NCBI GenBank assembly: GCA_002269645.1
Contig: NIVC01000051.1
Location: 372,001-436,000 of the forward strand
DNA: 64,000 bases
Reading direction: 5' to 3'
From: Macrostomum lignano
Lineage: Eukaryota
In this document: positions 13,306 through 25,253 of the stretch, piece by piece
Layout: every line of letters begins with the position of its first letter
Numbering within the stretch: the stretch's first letter is position 1
The notes under the pieces: generated by a model
What the model saw: only the letters and a program-made list of their open reading frames with translations
Database searches by the model: none
What the model was told of the DNA's origin: nothing
Made by a program: the position numbers and the translations under genes

Positions 13306-13945
13306 AGGAGAGAGGAGAGGAGAGGAGAGGAGAGGAGAGGAGAGGAGAAGAGAGGAGAGGAGAGGAGAGGAGAGGAGAGAGGAGAGGAGAGGAGAGGAGA
13401 GGAGAGGAGAGGAGAGGAGAGGAGAAGAGAGGAGAGGAGAGGAGAGGAGAGGAGAGGAGAGAGGAGAGGAGAGGAGAGGAGAGGTGAGGTGAGGAGATGA
13501 GAGGAGATGAGGGAGAGAAGAGAATAGGAGAGGAGAGGAGAGGAGAGGAGAGGAGAGGAGAGGAGAGGAGAGGAGAGGAGAGGAGAGGAGAGGAAATAGG
13601 AGAGGAGAGGAGAGAGAGAGGAGAGGAGAGGAGAGGAGAGGAGAGGAGAGGAGAGGAGAGGAGAGGAGAGGAAATAGGAGAGGAGAGGAGAGGAGAGGAG
13701 AGGAGAGGAGAGGAGAGGAGAGGAGAGGAGAGGAGAGGAGAGGAGAGGAGAGGAGAGGAGAGGAGAGGAGAGGAGAGGAGAGGAGAGGAGAGGAGAGGAG
13801 AGGAGAGGAGAGGAGAGGAGAGGAGAGGAGAGGAGAGGAGAGGAGAGGAGAGGAGAGGAGAGGAGAGGAGAAGAGAGGAGAGGAGAGGAGAGGAGAGGAG
13901 ATGAGGGAGAGAAGAGAATAGGAGAGGAGAGGAGAGGAGAGGAGA
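13306..13945. repeat. (GAGGA)n array, right flank of the LINE
   Basis: Direct inspection. Confidence 0.95.
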
Positions 13946-14442
13946 GCAGAGAAGTGCTAGCTCAATGACCAAAAATCTTATGGACGTACCAATTGAAAAT
14001 GGTAAAAAAGGATCAGCTTCACAACAAACGTACATGTAAGATTTACCAAATTTATATTGTGATGCAAGTTTGACAATAAATCTTATGTATAATATCATCC
14101 TAGATTTATAGCCTCATATTGCAGCCCTATCTGCTTATTAAAAGAATATATTTTGTGAACTTCTGCACAGTACTGAACGCGTGTTTCACTACCATGTGCT
14201 TTAAAACAAAAAAAGACACTTATAAAGGCACAACTCAGAGCAATAATAAATGCGAAATCAGCAAAGCAGATTTTTAACCAAACGAGAAAAAGGTTACTTA
14301 CTGTCTAAGGGGCTGGGGATCTCTACATCTAATGCAACGGAAATCTCAAGAACTGAGAAGCTTGAAATGTAAGGAAAAGTGGCTGTTAACTATGGTATGC
14401 ACATCTCAGTCCTTTGACAAGCCTAATGCCTGTGGAATCCAA

Positions 14443-17408
14443 AGAAGAAGAGAGGAGAGGAGAGGAGAGGAGAGGAGAGGAGAGGAGAGGAGAGGAGAGG
14501 AGAGGAGAGGAGAGGAGAGGAGAGGAGAGGAGAGGAGAGGAAAGGAGAGGAGAGGAGAGGAGAGGAATGAGAGGAGAGGAGAGGAGAGGAGAGGAAATAG
14601 GAGAGGAGAGGAGAGGAGAGGAGAAGAGAGGAGAGGAGAGGAGAGGAGAGGAGAGAAGAGGAGAGGAGAAGAGAGGAGAGGAGAGGAGAGGAGAGGAGAG
14701 GAGAGGAGAGGAGAGGAGAGGAGAGGAGATGAGGGAGAGAAGAGAATAGGAGAGGAGAGGAGAGGAGAGGAGAAGAGAGGAGAGGAGAGGAGAGGAGAGG
14801 AGAAGAGAGGAGAGGAGAGGAGAGGAGAAGAGAGGCGAGGAGAGGAGTGGAGAGGAGAGGAGAGGAGAAGAGAGGCAGGAGAGGAGAGGAAAGGAAGGGA
14901 AGAGGAGGAGAGAGAGGAGAGGAGAGGAGAGAGAGAGGCGGGAGAGGAGTGGAGAGGAGAGGAGAGGAGAAGAGAGGCGAGGAGAGGAGAGGAGAGGAAA
15001 GGAGGGAGAGGAGAGGAGAGGAGAGGAGAGAGAGGAGAAGAGAGGCGAGGAGAGGAGTGGAGAGGAGAGGAGAGGAGAAGAGAGGCGAGGAGAGGAGAGG
15101 AAGGAGGGAAGAGGAGAGGAGAGGAGAGGAGAGGAGAGGAGAAGAGAGGCGAGGAGAGGAGTGGAGAGGAGAGGAGAGGAGAAGAGAGGCGAGGAGAGGA
15201 GAGGAAAGGAGGGAAGAGGAGAGGAGAGGAGAGGAGAGGAGAGGAGAAGAGAGGCGAGGAGAGGAGTGGAGAGGAGAGGAGAGGAGAAGAGAGGAGGAGA
15301 GGAGAGGAAAGGAGGGAGAGGAGAGGAGAGGAGAGGAGAGGAGAGGAGAAGAGAGGCGAGGAGAGGAGTGGAGAGGAGAGGAGAGGAGAGGAGAGGAGAG
15401 AGAGAGGAGAGGAGAGGAGAAGAGAGGAGAGGAGAGGAGAGGAGAGGAGAGAGAGGAGAGGAGAGAGAGGAGAGGAGAGAGAGGAGAGGAGAGGAGAGGA
15501 GAGGAAGGAGAGGAGAGGAGAGGAGAAGAGAATAGGAGAGGAGAGGAGAGGAGAGGAGAAGAGAGGAGAGGAGAGAGAGGAGAGGAGAAGAGAGGAGAGG
15601 AGAGGAGAGGAGAAGAGAGGAGAGGAGAGGAGAGGAGAGGAGAAGAGAGGAGAGGAGATGAGAGGACAGGAAGGAGAAGAGAGGAATGAGAGAGAGGACA
15701 GGAGAGGAGAGGAGAGGAGAGGAGAGGAGAGGAGAAGAGAGGCGAGGAGAGGAGTGGAGAGGAGAGGAGAGGAGAAGAGAGGCGAGGAGAGGAGAGGAAA
15801 GGAGGGAAGAGGAGAGGAGAGGAGAGGAGAGGAGAGGAGAAGAGAGGCGAGGAGAGGAGTGGAGAGGAGAGGAGAGGAGAAGAGAGGCGAGGAGAGGAGA
15901 GGAGAGGAAAGGAGGGGAGAGGAGAGGAGAGGAGAGGAGAGGAGAGGAGAAGAGAGGCGAGGAGAGGAGTGGAGAGGAGAGGAGAGGAGAAGAGAGGCGA
16001 GGAGAGGAGAGGAAAGGAGGGAAGAGGAGAGGAGAGGAGAGGAGAGGAGAGGAGAAGAGAGGCGAGGAGAGGAGTGGAGAGGAGAGGAGAGGAGAAGAGA
16101 GGCGAGGAGAGGAGAGGAAAGAGGGAAGAGGAGAGGAGAGGAGAGGAGAGGAGAGGAGAGAGAGGCGAGGAGAGAGTGGAGAGGAGAGGAGAGGAGAAGA
16201 GAGGAGAGGAGAGGAGGAGAGAGAAGGGAGGGAGAGAGGAGAGGAGAGGAGAGAGAGAGGAGAGGAGAAGAGAGGCGAGGAGAGGAGTGGAGAGGAGAGG
16301 AGAGGAGAGGAGAGGAGAGGAGAAGAGAGGCGAGGAGAGGAGTGGAGAGGAGAGGAGAGGAGAAGGAGGCGAGGAGAGGAGAGGAGAGGGAGAGGAGAGG
16401 AGAGGAGAGGAGAGGAGAGGAGAGAGAGGCGAGGAGAGGAGTGGAGAGGAGAGGAGAGGAGAAGAGAGGAGAGGAGTGGAGAGGAGAGGAGAGGAGAAGA
16501 GAGGAGAGGAGAGGAGGGAGAGGAGAGAAGAGGAGAGGAGAAGAGAGGAGAGGAGAGGAGAGGAGAGGAGAGGAGAGGAGAGGAGAGGAGAGGAGAGGAG
16601 ATGAGGGAGAGAAGAGAATAGGAGAGGAGAGGAGAGGAGAGGAGAAGAGAGGAGAGGAGAGGAGAGGAGAGGAGAAGAGAGGAGAGGAGAGGAGAAGAGA
16701 GGAGAGGAGAGGAGAGGAGAGGAGAAGAGAGGAGAGGAGATGAGAGGACAGGAAGGAGAAGAGAGGAATGAGAGAAGAGGACAGGAGAGGAGAGGAGAGG
16801 AGAGGAGAGGAGAGGAGAAGAGAGGCGAGGAGAGGAGTGGAGAGGAGAGGAGAGGAGAAGAGAGGCGAGGAGAGGAGAGGAAAGGAGGGAAGAGGAGAGG
16901 AGAGGAGAGGAGAGGAGAGAAGAAGAGAGGAGAGGAGAGGAGTGGAGAGGAGAGGAGAGGAGAAGAGAGGCGAGGAGAGGAGAGGAGAGGAAAGGAGGGA
17001 AGAGGAGAGGAGAGGAGAGGAGAGGAGAGGAGAAGAGAGGCGAGGAGAGGAGTGGAGAGGAGAGGAGAGGAGAAGAGAGGCGAGGAGAGGAGAGGAAAGG
17101 AGGGAAGAGGAGAGGAGAGGAGAGGAGAGGAGAGGAGAAGAGAGGCGAGGAGAGGAGTGGAGAGGAGAGGAGAGGAGAAGAGAGGCGAGGAGAGGAGAGG
17201 AAAGGAGGGAAGAGGAGAGGAGAGGAGAGGAGAGGAGAGGAGAAGAGAGGCGAGGAGAGGAGTGGAGAGGAGAGGAGAGGAGAAGAGAGGAGAGGAGAGG
17301 CGAGGAGAGGAGAGGAGAGGAGAGGAGAGGAGAAGAGAGGAGAGGAGTGGAGAGGAGAGGAGAGGAGAAGAGAGGAGAGGAGAGGAGAGGAAAGGAGGGA
17401 AGAGGAGA
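14443..17408. repeat. ~3-kb degenerate (GAGGA)n array with higher-order variant blocks
   Basis: Direct inspection. The block AAGAGAGGCGAGGAGAGGAGTGG recurs. Confidence 0.95.
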
Positions 17409-17520
17409 CAACGTCGCTAAAACTTGCAAACAGGCAAGAAAATCTCGTGAATCAACTGAGGCCAGCAGCCGTATGAAACTGGCTTAGCGGTGCCGCAGTC
17501 TTCATTGCATCAGCGGTGAG

Positions 17521-20500
17521 TCATTTCTCTGTCTTTGGCTTGTCCAGGCCGTGCATCCGCACCACCGCCGCTGCTAGCCGACTGTCCAGACTGTTCAAAT
17601 CGTCGTCTGGTTGACGGCCGCCTCCTTGTTTACCACCAGCGCCGCTGCCACCGCTGTCTCGGGCGCTGTTCCTCCACTTCTGGCACTCCCAATAGTTGGT
17701 GAGCCGCAGCAGGGTCTCACGGATGTCCATCAGATCCATCGGCTCCAGCTTGGCGGCGGAGATGCGAGCAGCCTCAGAAGATGTTGTCGACGATGATGCA
17801 GACGAAGCCATTGATGACTGCGAGCCGGTGCTGTAGGAGCAGTCGGAGGAATCATCTCCCCTGCCGCCGCCACCGCCTCCTTCGCCGACTCCTTCGCCGT
17901 TGTCAGCCGATACTCGATGATTCCGGCTGCTGCTTCTGCGTCGCTGGCGCGCTGTCTGGTGTCGACACCGGCGCCTGTGTCGCCGATGGCGCCTGCGCTT
18001 GCGTCTGCTGTCGATGTCGCTATCGCTGCTGCTTATGCTGCTGCTGCTGCTGTTGCTGCTCCTAGTGCTGCTGCTACTGCGACTGCGGATTTTCCTCCGC
18101 GGATGCCTGCTGCGGCTGCGACCGGCGCCGCGACTCCGTCGATGCCGGCGATGGCGACGACTCTTAGCGGCGCCGGCGGATCGGCGTCGGTGCTTGCCGC
18201 TGGCGCCGCCGCCGCCGCCGCCGCTGAAGAGCGCTTTGAAAACTCGGCCGACGGCGCTCTGCGATCGAGCGCCGCTGCCGCTGCCGGCACTGCTGCTTCT
18301 TCGGCGACCCCGGCTGCCGCTTTTGCCGCCGAGTCGTTTGATGAAGCCTCTGAGTACAGAGCCTGCGGTTGTGCGCCAATGAGAGTGGGCGGTCGGTGGT
18401 TGACAAGGCTTCGTTAGCGATGCCGTTAGGATACTCGGATTTTTGCCTTTTGAGCAGGTGAGCGCTGCTGTGAACGAGCCTTGAATGCTCACTTAACTAA
18501 GTGATGAGAATCGCCCTCAACTCAGTGATGAGAATCGCCCTCAACTCAGTGATGAGAATCGCCCTCAACTCAGTGATGATGATGAGAATCGCCCTCAACT
18601 CAGTGATGATGATGAGAATCGCCCTCAACTCACTGATGATGATGAGAATCGCCCTCAACTCAGTGATGATGATGAGAATCGCCCTCAACTCACTGATGAT
18701 GATGAGAATCGCCCTCAACTCAGTGATGATGATGAGAATCGCCCTCAACTCAGTGATGATGAGAATCGCCCTCAACTCACTGATGATGATGAGAATCGCC
18801 CTCAACTCAGGGATGATGATGATGAGAATCGCCTCACTCGTGTGTCAGGATAAGTAAAGTCAATGGATTGAATTACATTGAATTTAGCAGACAGATCGAG
18901 TAAGGCACATTAAATTTGGGACAGCCAGACAGTCACCAATTAACTACGAGCTATAAATAGAGTAGTCAGCAGACGTCATCAACTAAATTTCGCAAAAATG
19001 TAAAACAGCATCCCCAAGCCTCATGTTCTGGAGAGCTAGTCCGTAAACTTTTCTTCATCGGTGAAGCGTATAAAATTCGCCATAATTATTATGCCGCCAC
19101 CCCACCTCCCCCCGGTCTTTGCCTATACTCGTAAAGGGGAAGGCAATAAAATATGGGATAAAATATTCGCAGTCAGCAGTTGCTGTCCCGTAGGAAAAGT
19201 GGCGAGGCCTGTCTGAGAGGAACTGAATGCGATGCTACATACAAAGTGGCAGGGCTGAGCCTTGGAGAGTATATGCAAACAAGTATTACTTGATAAGTGT
19301 AGCATGCGATAAGCCTCATCCAATGCTTTCCTATATAGCTCTCTTTATCTGCATTGACTTCGTCTCCCGTATTTGAGGCGCATCTTCCCAACACCCGTTG
19401 TTCCATTTTGCACCCAGTCTGTATTAGTCATATCGGCAGTATTTTTGTTGGTAGTTCGCTAATCTTTTTCCTGCTTTTATCTCTAGCTAGGGCAGATGTT
19501 GTTTGTTTGGGTTAACTGCGTCTGACTTTAGGCGCGTCGCCATCGGGGGGGGGGGGGGGGCAGGGGGACATGTCCCTTCGGTAAAAGCTATGGGGGGACA
19601 TGCCAATGCTTTGTCCCCCCCCCACCCCCACCCCACCTTGTGAATCGTTGTGGTAATAAATAATTTTTCTTCAGGTCGCCGAAATATAAAGTCTTCGGCG
19701 CTAAAATTATTGCCTGCGGCGCTAAAATGAGTGCCTGCGGCGCTAAAATGAGTGCCTGCGGCGCTAAAATGAGTGCCTGCGGCGCTAAAATGAGTGCCTG
19801 CGGCGCTAAAATGAGTGCCTGCGGCGCTAAAATGAGCGCCTGCGGCGCTAAAATGAGTGCCTGCGGAGCTAAAATGAGTGCCTGCGGCGCTAAAATGAGT
19901 GCCTGCGGCGCTAAAATGAGTGCCTGCGGCGCTAAAATGAGCGCTGACAACACGATTTTCAAAATAAAGGAAATGTAGGAATTTTTCCATGTACATACAA
20001 ATTCTTGGCTTTGTCTCCCCACCATACAATCCGTGGCGACGTCCCTGTCTACCATGGTCAGGCATGCACACAGTCTGCAATATAGAGAGGCAAAAACAAA
20101 ATGAAAAAGATGCCGCATTCCCGACCAAAACTCACGGCCTCTGCTAGGACGCGATTCGTTGTCGTTTTTTACTGTTTGCGACTCGGTTGTGGGCTTCCAG
20201 CTGACCGGCTTGAGGCACGAGCGCAGTGCCTGGGGCCGCCGCTGCTCCTGCTGCTGTACCGCCTCATCAGTATTCTTCAAACGCACCGCCTTTGCCGACT
20301 TGTCGTTGGTCGGCGACACCTGAGACGAGTGCGCGTTTGTCGCCGCCGACTCCGACTTGGCCGGAGTTGCCGCCTCAGGCTGCTCCGTAAGCGACTGCTG
20401 CTGTCCAGGTGTCTGCTCCCATAACTGCAATTCCTCAGCAATTTTCAAATTCTGAACCCGGTGCTTGTCGGGACCAGACTCGGCCGTATCGGCTACTCGA

Positions 20501-21654
20501 TTCTCTGCCGACTGCTCTCGGACGCTGCGGATTTTCTCGCCCAGCTGCTGAATGAGCAGCCGGTCAACCTCGGTTGCATTGTCCGCCGTGACTGTTCTCA
20601 GATCGCGGATCAGGCCTTGAACTTCTCCGTTTTTGAACGGTCGATCACTTGGATGATCCGTCGTTGTGTTGAGCTGGCGTAGCCCCTCAATGACTGATTC
20701 GATTTGGCTTGATAGTTGGCCTTGAGCTGGTGTATTGGCTTAAGCAGGTTCGACCGCTTGCTGCTGCTGCCGTGCCTCCATCTGGGGCAGACGATCGAGA
20801 GACCTGGATGTTTGTGGCGCGAGCATCGCAACCATAGTGGAGCATGAATATTTTCAACTGCCTTTCTCTGACATCCGCTCGGACTTTTCTGATGAATAAT
20901 GAATAAAACTAATTGATTACACCTGCCCTCAATTGGGCCAGATGTGCAACCGACAGCTCAGACGCAGCCATTGCGCGGCGCATCTGAAGGCTGCGTACGG
21001 CTGTTCAGTCCAAGGACGGGGGGTCGCCACACACACAGTCAATCACCCCAGCTAATGCTGGCACCCATTTTACAGCTGGGTGAACTGAAGCAATGCAGAG
21101 TTAAGTGTCTTTCTCAAGGACACAAATTGTTCCAGCGAGATCGGGAGTCGAACCCCCGACCTTCAATTCGTGAGTCCGAAGCTCTGACCACTAGGCTACA
21201 ACCCCCTGTTTGATGAAGCTATAGCTAAAAGTTTTAAAACTCAACTGAAGACAAACCTGACGGAAGCCTGCTGCTGGTGCTGGTGCTGCTTCTGTTTTTG
21301 CTGCGGCTGCTGCTGCTGTCGCTGGCGCAGCTGCTCGGCCAGCTTTCCACCAACGCAAGCGACAAGCTCTCGAGCGTTAGACAGCAGTTCGATGTCCGCG
21401 CAGCTCAACGCTGACGGATTCATTCGACGAATTGAGTCGCGTAGGCTGAGTATTTCTGTGGCGGACAATGCAACGTGGTGCTGAAGGCCTCGGCGTTGTA
21501 AAGCGTCAAGTACTCGAAGGATTCGATTGATCTCAACTGAAACAACATGCTGACTATCGGTAGTTAGATTTAGAAACTGTTTTAGCTGCTGCTGCTCGTC
21601 CTCCTGATGCTGCTGCTGTGGTTGTTGTTTTTGTTGTTGCGTTTGTTGTTGTGG

Positions 21655-21694
<40 letters not shown>

Positions 21695-22742
21695 GGTGGT
21701 GGTGGTTTTTGTTGTTGTTGTTGCTGCTGCTGCTGCTGTCGCTGTCGCTGGATCTGCTTTAGTTTTTCCACTTCGCTCAAAAGAGTACGCAATTCCATAA
21801 CGGTTGCCATCGAGCCGCCAGTCTGGCGATCCTCATTTCCACTGCAAGCCCGCATTCGTCTGGTCTCGTCTTCGAGGGCGCTGGTGAGCATTTCGGACGT
21901 TCGACTCATCTCGTGCCAGAAGATTGCCGAATCGTTTGGCTGCTGCTGCTGCTGCTGCTGCTGCTCTTTCTACAATTGGCACGGAGAAAAGATAGGGAAG
22001 AACAACACGGAGACACGTAGGTATCTTAGGACTGAAGAGCACAGACGAGGACGCTTCGCTCCTAGCATCATCAGACCGTATTGAGTCTGTCTAACAGAGT
22101 CTTTTGCGACGGAGAACGGAGTCAAGCCATGCCAAACAAGTCCTCTGTCCATAGGAGCAGAAGTTCTCAATAATATTCGTCTTGTTCACCAACAAACTAT
22201 CCAACCAAAGTAAAGTACCTATTGACTTAACAATTAACCTTTACGAGCTACATGTGGATGTCCTTTTAACTAAGCTACGTTAGTCCGTTGAGCCAGCCCA
22301 CTATCTTATAGTTAGTTACCTCATCATTCAAGCCAACGGTCTCGCTTCCGGTACGACCTGCACTAGCAGCCGAGTCATCAGCAGGTGCAACTGCAGCCGG
22401 GGCAACTGGAACTGGAGCTCGACTTTTGCCCAGCTTGAAGTTCTGCAACGCTCGCCTGCGGAGCCGGAGGTTTTGCGAACTCATGACATGCTCAGTTTAA
22501 CTAGTACTGCATCACAGTGCACTGCAGTGCAGTCTGCAAAGCCCAGCTCACCTTCGCAGATCTCGTACTCCGGGCGAGCCCGCCGACTTCTGAACGCTGC
22601 CAATTCCGACTGGCCTAGCAGCAACCATTGATGGCGAGTTTCTGGCTGGAGATGACGTCACGGAAGCTTGACCAGACTGTGGCCGCTTCTGTGGTAGGGC
22701 GCCGCGTGCCAATGATTTCGATCTGGGCGAAGTCGGATTCAT
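17521..22742 (-). CDS. Uncharacterised low-complexity protein (~850 aa; poly-Q, Arg/Ser/His-rich tract), about 6 exons
   Basis: Exons 22742-22552, 22479-22320, 21969-21257, 20888-20833 (tentative), 20738-20136, 18362-17521. The model is phase-consistent with GT-AG sites (e.g. AG|GTGAGC, GAG|GTAACT, C|GTGAGT) and long GC-rich open frames. No domain recognised, and the exon 4/5 junction is uncertain. Confidence 0.6.
18500..18835. repeat. Minisatellite GAGAATCGCCCTCAACTCA(G/C)T(GAT)1-3 with a variable embedded trinucleotide
   Basis: Direct tandem units of 24-30 bp. Confidence 0.92.
19529..20047. mobile_element. MITE-like TIR element carrying an internal 21-bp minisatellite
   Basis: Left end TAGGCGCGTCGCCA and the reverse complement of the right end CAGGGACGTCGCCA match at 11/14. 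There is a G-run after the left TIR. The flanks TCTGACTT/TCTACCAT match at 5/8, a possible decayed 8-bp TSD. Confidence 0.55.
19696..19945. repeat. 21-bp minisatellite GGCGCTAAAATGAGTGCCTGC
   Basis: About 11 tandem units inside the TIR element 19529-20047. Confidence 0.92.
20950..21206 (-). mobile_element. tRNA-derived CORE-like SINE, copy 3 (most complete; intronic)
   Basis: Perfect A box TAGCCTAGTGG and B box GGTTCGACTCC, central domain and 3' hairpin region. Confidence 0.82.
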
Positions 22743-23547
22743 TGGTGAGCTCGGCGAGAAGTTGCTAGAAACTTATGGACCACATAAAAATAAAACAAAC
22801 CCTAACTACGGATCTTGAAGCTCAGTCGAACGAGAATGCTACATCGTTCTTAGTCACCAATAACTACCATAGACTATCCGCGGTTCTGAAACTGTTTTGA
22901 GTCAGCCTCTAGCGATGCGGAATTCTCATAAGTTAGAGAAGAAAAGCTTAATATGGCGTGGACAGAGCGCGGCCGAATTAATTTATGGCTCAGGAGTCAG
23001 CGGAATGAGCAGAATTGACACAGACAAAAAATGTTTTACACACTACTGACAGACACCGGCAGTAGTGTAGTACGGAAGGAGAAATATGCTGCAAAATTTA
23101 TTTGGGATAGCCTGGAGTCTCAATAAAGTTTTCTCTCGATGGCAGGCGCTTGTTCGTTTACAATTTGAAATAGAAAATTACACGAAATTCAAATTTGATA
23201 AAAAATTGATGAAAATTAAAAGGTTAACTACAAAACTCAACTGAAGCCAAACTGGTCCAAGAAAGTGTCAGAATCGTCTTCAAAACCGTTTTAAATAAAC
23301 TTGTCCCAGGAGGGCATGAGGCTAATTTGAACGGAGGTCTGACAAATTTTCTCTGGGATAATTTGTGGCACAAACTGAACGGCTGGGAATCCCAGGGCAA
23401 TTCCCCAGACACAGCAAATGCTTCTACATTTCCTGATGCGGTACAGAGACGCGCTTGGTGAATGTTAAGAGAACAAATTGGGCAAAATTTGGATAGCGAG
23501 GCCGATGAATTTGAGATGCCACTCTGATGTCAGATGTTGCCTTGTTG

Positions 23548-24815
23548 CTCTCTCTCCCCACTCTACTGCTCTCCCCGCTCTACTTCTCTCCCTGCTCTAC
23601 TTCTCACCGCTCTACTTCTCTCCCTGCTCTACTTCTCTCCCCGCTTTACTTCTCTTCGCTCTACTTCTCTCCCTGCTCTACTTCTCTCCCTGCTCTACTT
23701 CTCTCCCTGCTCTACTTCTCTCCGCTCTACTTCTCTCCCTGCTCTACTTCTCTCCGCTCTACTTCTCTCCCTGCTCTACTTCTCTCCGCTCTACTTCTCT
23801 CACCGCTCTACTTCTCTCCCTGCTCTACTTCTCTCCCTGCTCTACTTTTCTCCGCTCTACTTCTCTCCGCTCTACTTCTCTCCCTGCTCTACTTCTCTCC
23901 GCTCTACTTCTCTCCGCTCTACTTCTCTCCGCTCTACTTCTCTCCGCTCTACTTCTCTCACCGCTCTACTTCTCTCTCCGCTCTACTTCTCTCCCTGCTC
24001 TACTTTTTTCACCGCTCTACTTCTCTCCCTGCTCTACTTCTCTCCGCTCTACTTCTCTCCCTGCTCTACTTCTCTCCGCTCTACTTCTCTCCCTGCTCTA
24101 CTTCTCTCCGCTCTACTTCTCTCACCGCTCTACTTCTCTCCCTGCTCTACTTCTCTCCGCTCTACTTCTCTCCCTGCTCTACTTCTCTCCGCTCTACTTC
24201 TCTCACCGCTCTACTTCTCTCCCTGCTCTACTTCTCTCCGCTCTACTTCTCTCCCTGCTCTACTTCTTTCACCGCTCTACTTCTCTCCCTGCTCTACTTC
24301 TCTCCGCTCTACTTCTCTCCCCGCTCTACTGCTCTCCGCTCTAATTCTCTCACCGCTCTACTTCTCTCCCTGCTCTACTTCTCTCCGCTCTACTTCTCTC
24401 CCTGCTCTACTTCTTTCACCGCTCTGCTCTACTTCTCTCCGCTCTACTTCTCTCCCTGCTCTACTTCTCTCCGCTCTACTTCTCTCACCGCTCTACTTCT
24501 CTCCCTGCTCTACTTCTCTCCGCTCTACTTCTCTCCCTGCTCTACTTCTTTCACCGCTCTACTTCTCTCCCTGCTCTACTTCTCTCCGCTCTACTTCTCT
24601 CCCCGCTCTACTTCTCTCCGCTCTACTTCTCTCACCGCTCTACTTCTCTCCCTGCTCTACTTCTCTCCGCTCTACTTCTCTCCCTGCTCTACTTCTCTCA
24701 CCGCTCTACTTCTCTCCCTGCTCTACTTCTCTCCGCTCTACTTCTTTCACCGCTCTACTTCTCTCCCCGCTCTACTTCTCTCCGCTCTACTTCTCTCCCC
24801 GCTCTACTTCTCTCC
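23548..24815. repeat. 15-18-bp pyrimidine-rich minisatellite CTCTACTTCTCTCC(G/CTG)
   Basis: Direct tandem units. Confidence 0.93.
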
Positions 24816-25253
24816 TCACTATATTTCTCAAACTCTACTTGACCTGATTTTAAATCTCTTTCCCTAATCTATTGAAATTTCTTTCGCTAGCAATGTAAAT
24901 CTGGCAAATTATTTTGATAAAGATTTTCCAACACGCCTGGCTATGATTGACGATGAGTCATGATCTTCGGAAAGCAACGAAATTCAAATTATTCAGTGTT
25001 TCACCTGTTTTTAGCCTCACATCTTGTGTCCGTGAATTACCCCCGATTGAGGAAATCATAACCCTTTCCTAAGCAGCCATTGATTCAATTTGGCTTCCCA
25101 ATTGAGAAGCGAAGAATACTGAGTAGGAAATAAGAAAATTCCAATTTGAGGTCTATTTTGAGTAGATTAAAACAACGAAAATCAAGGAAGACCTGTTACT
25201 GAACCTGTGCTAGTCGGATATTTGCATCATTCAGATGCCTAAACCGGATATGC

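Noticed and set aside
9038-17487. Very long ORFs (up to 1007 aa) of EERRG / LSSPL composition
   Set aside because: They are translations of (GAGGA)n/(CCTCT)n arrays, which lack stop codons in most frames. There is no coding signal.
21130-21206. Functional tRNA-Val gene
   Set aside because: The acceptor stem does not pair fully and the sequence continues into a body shared with two other SINE copies.
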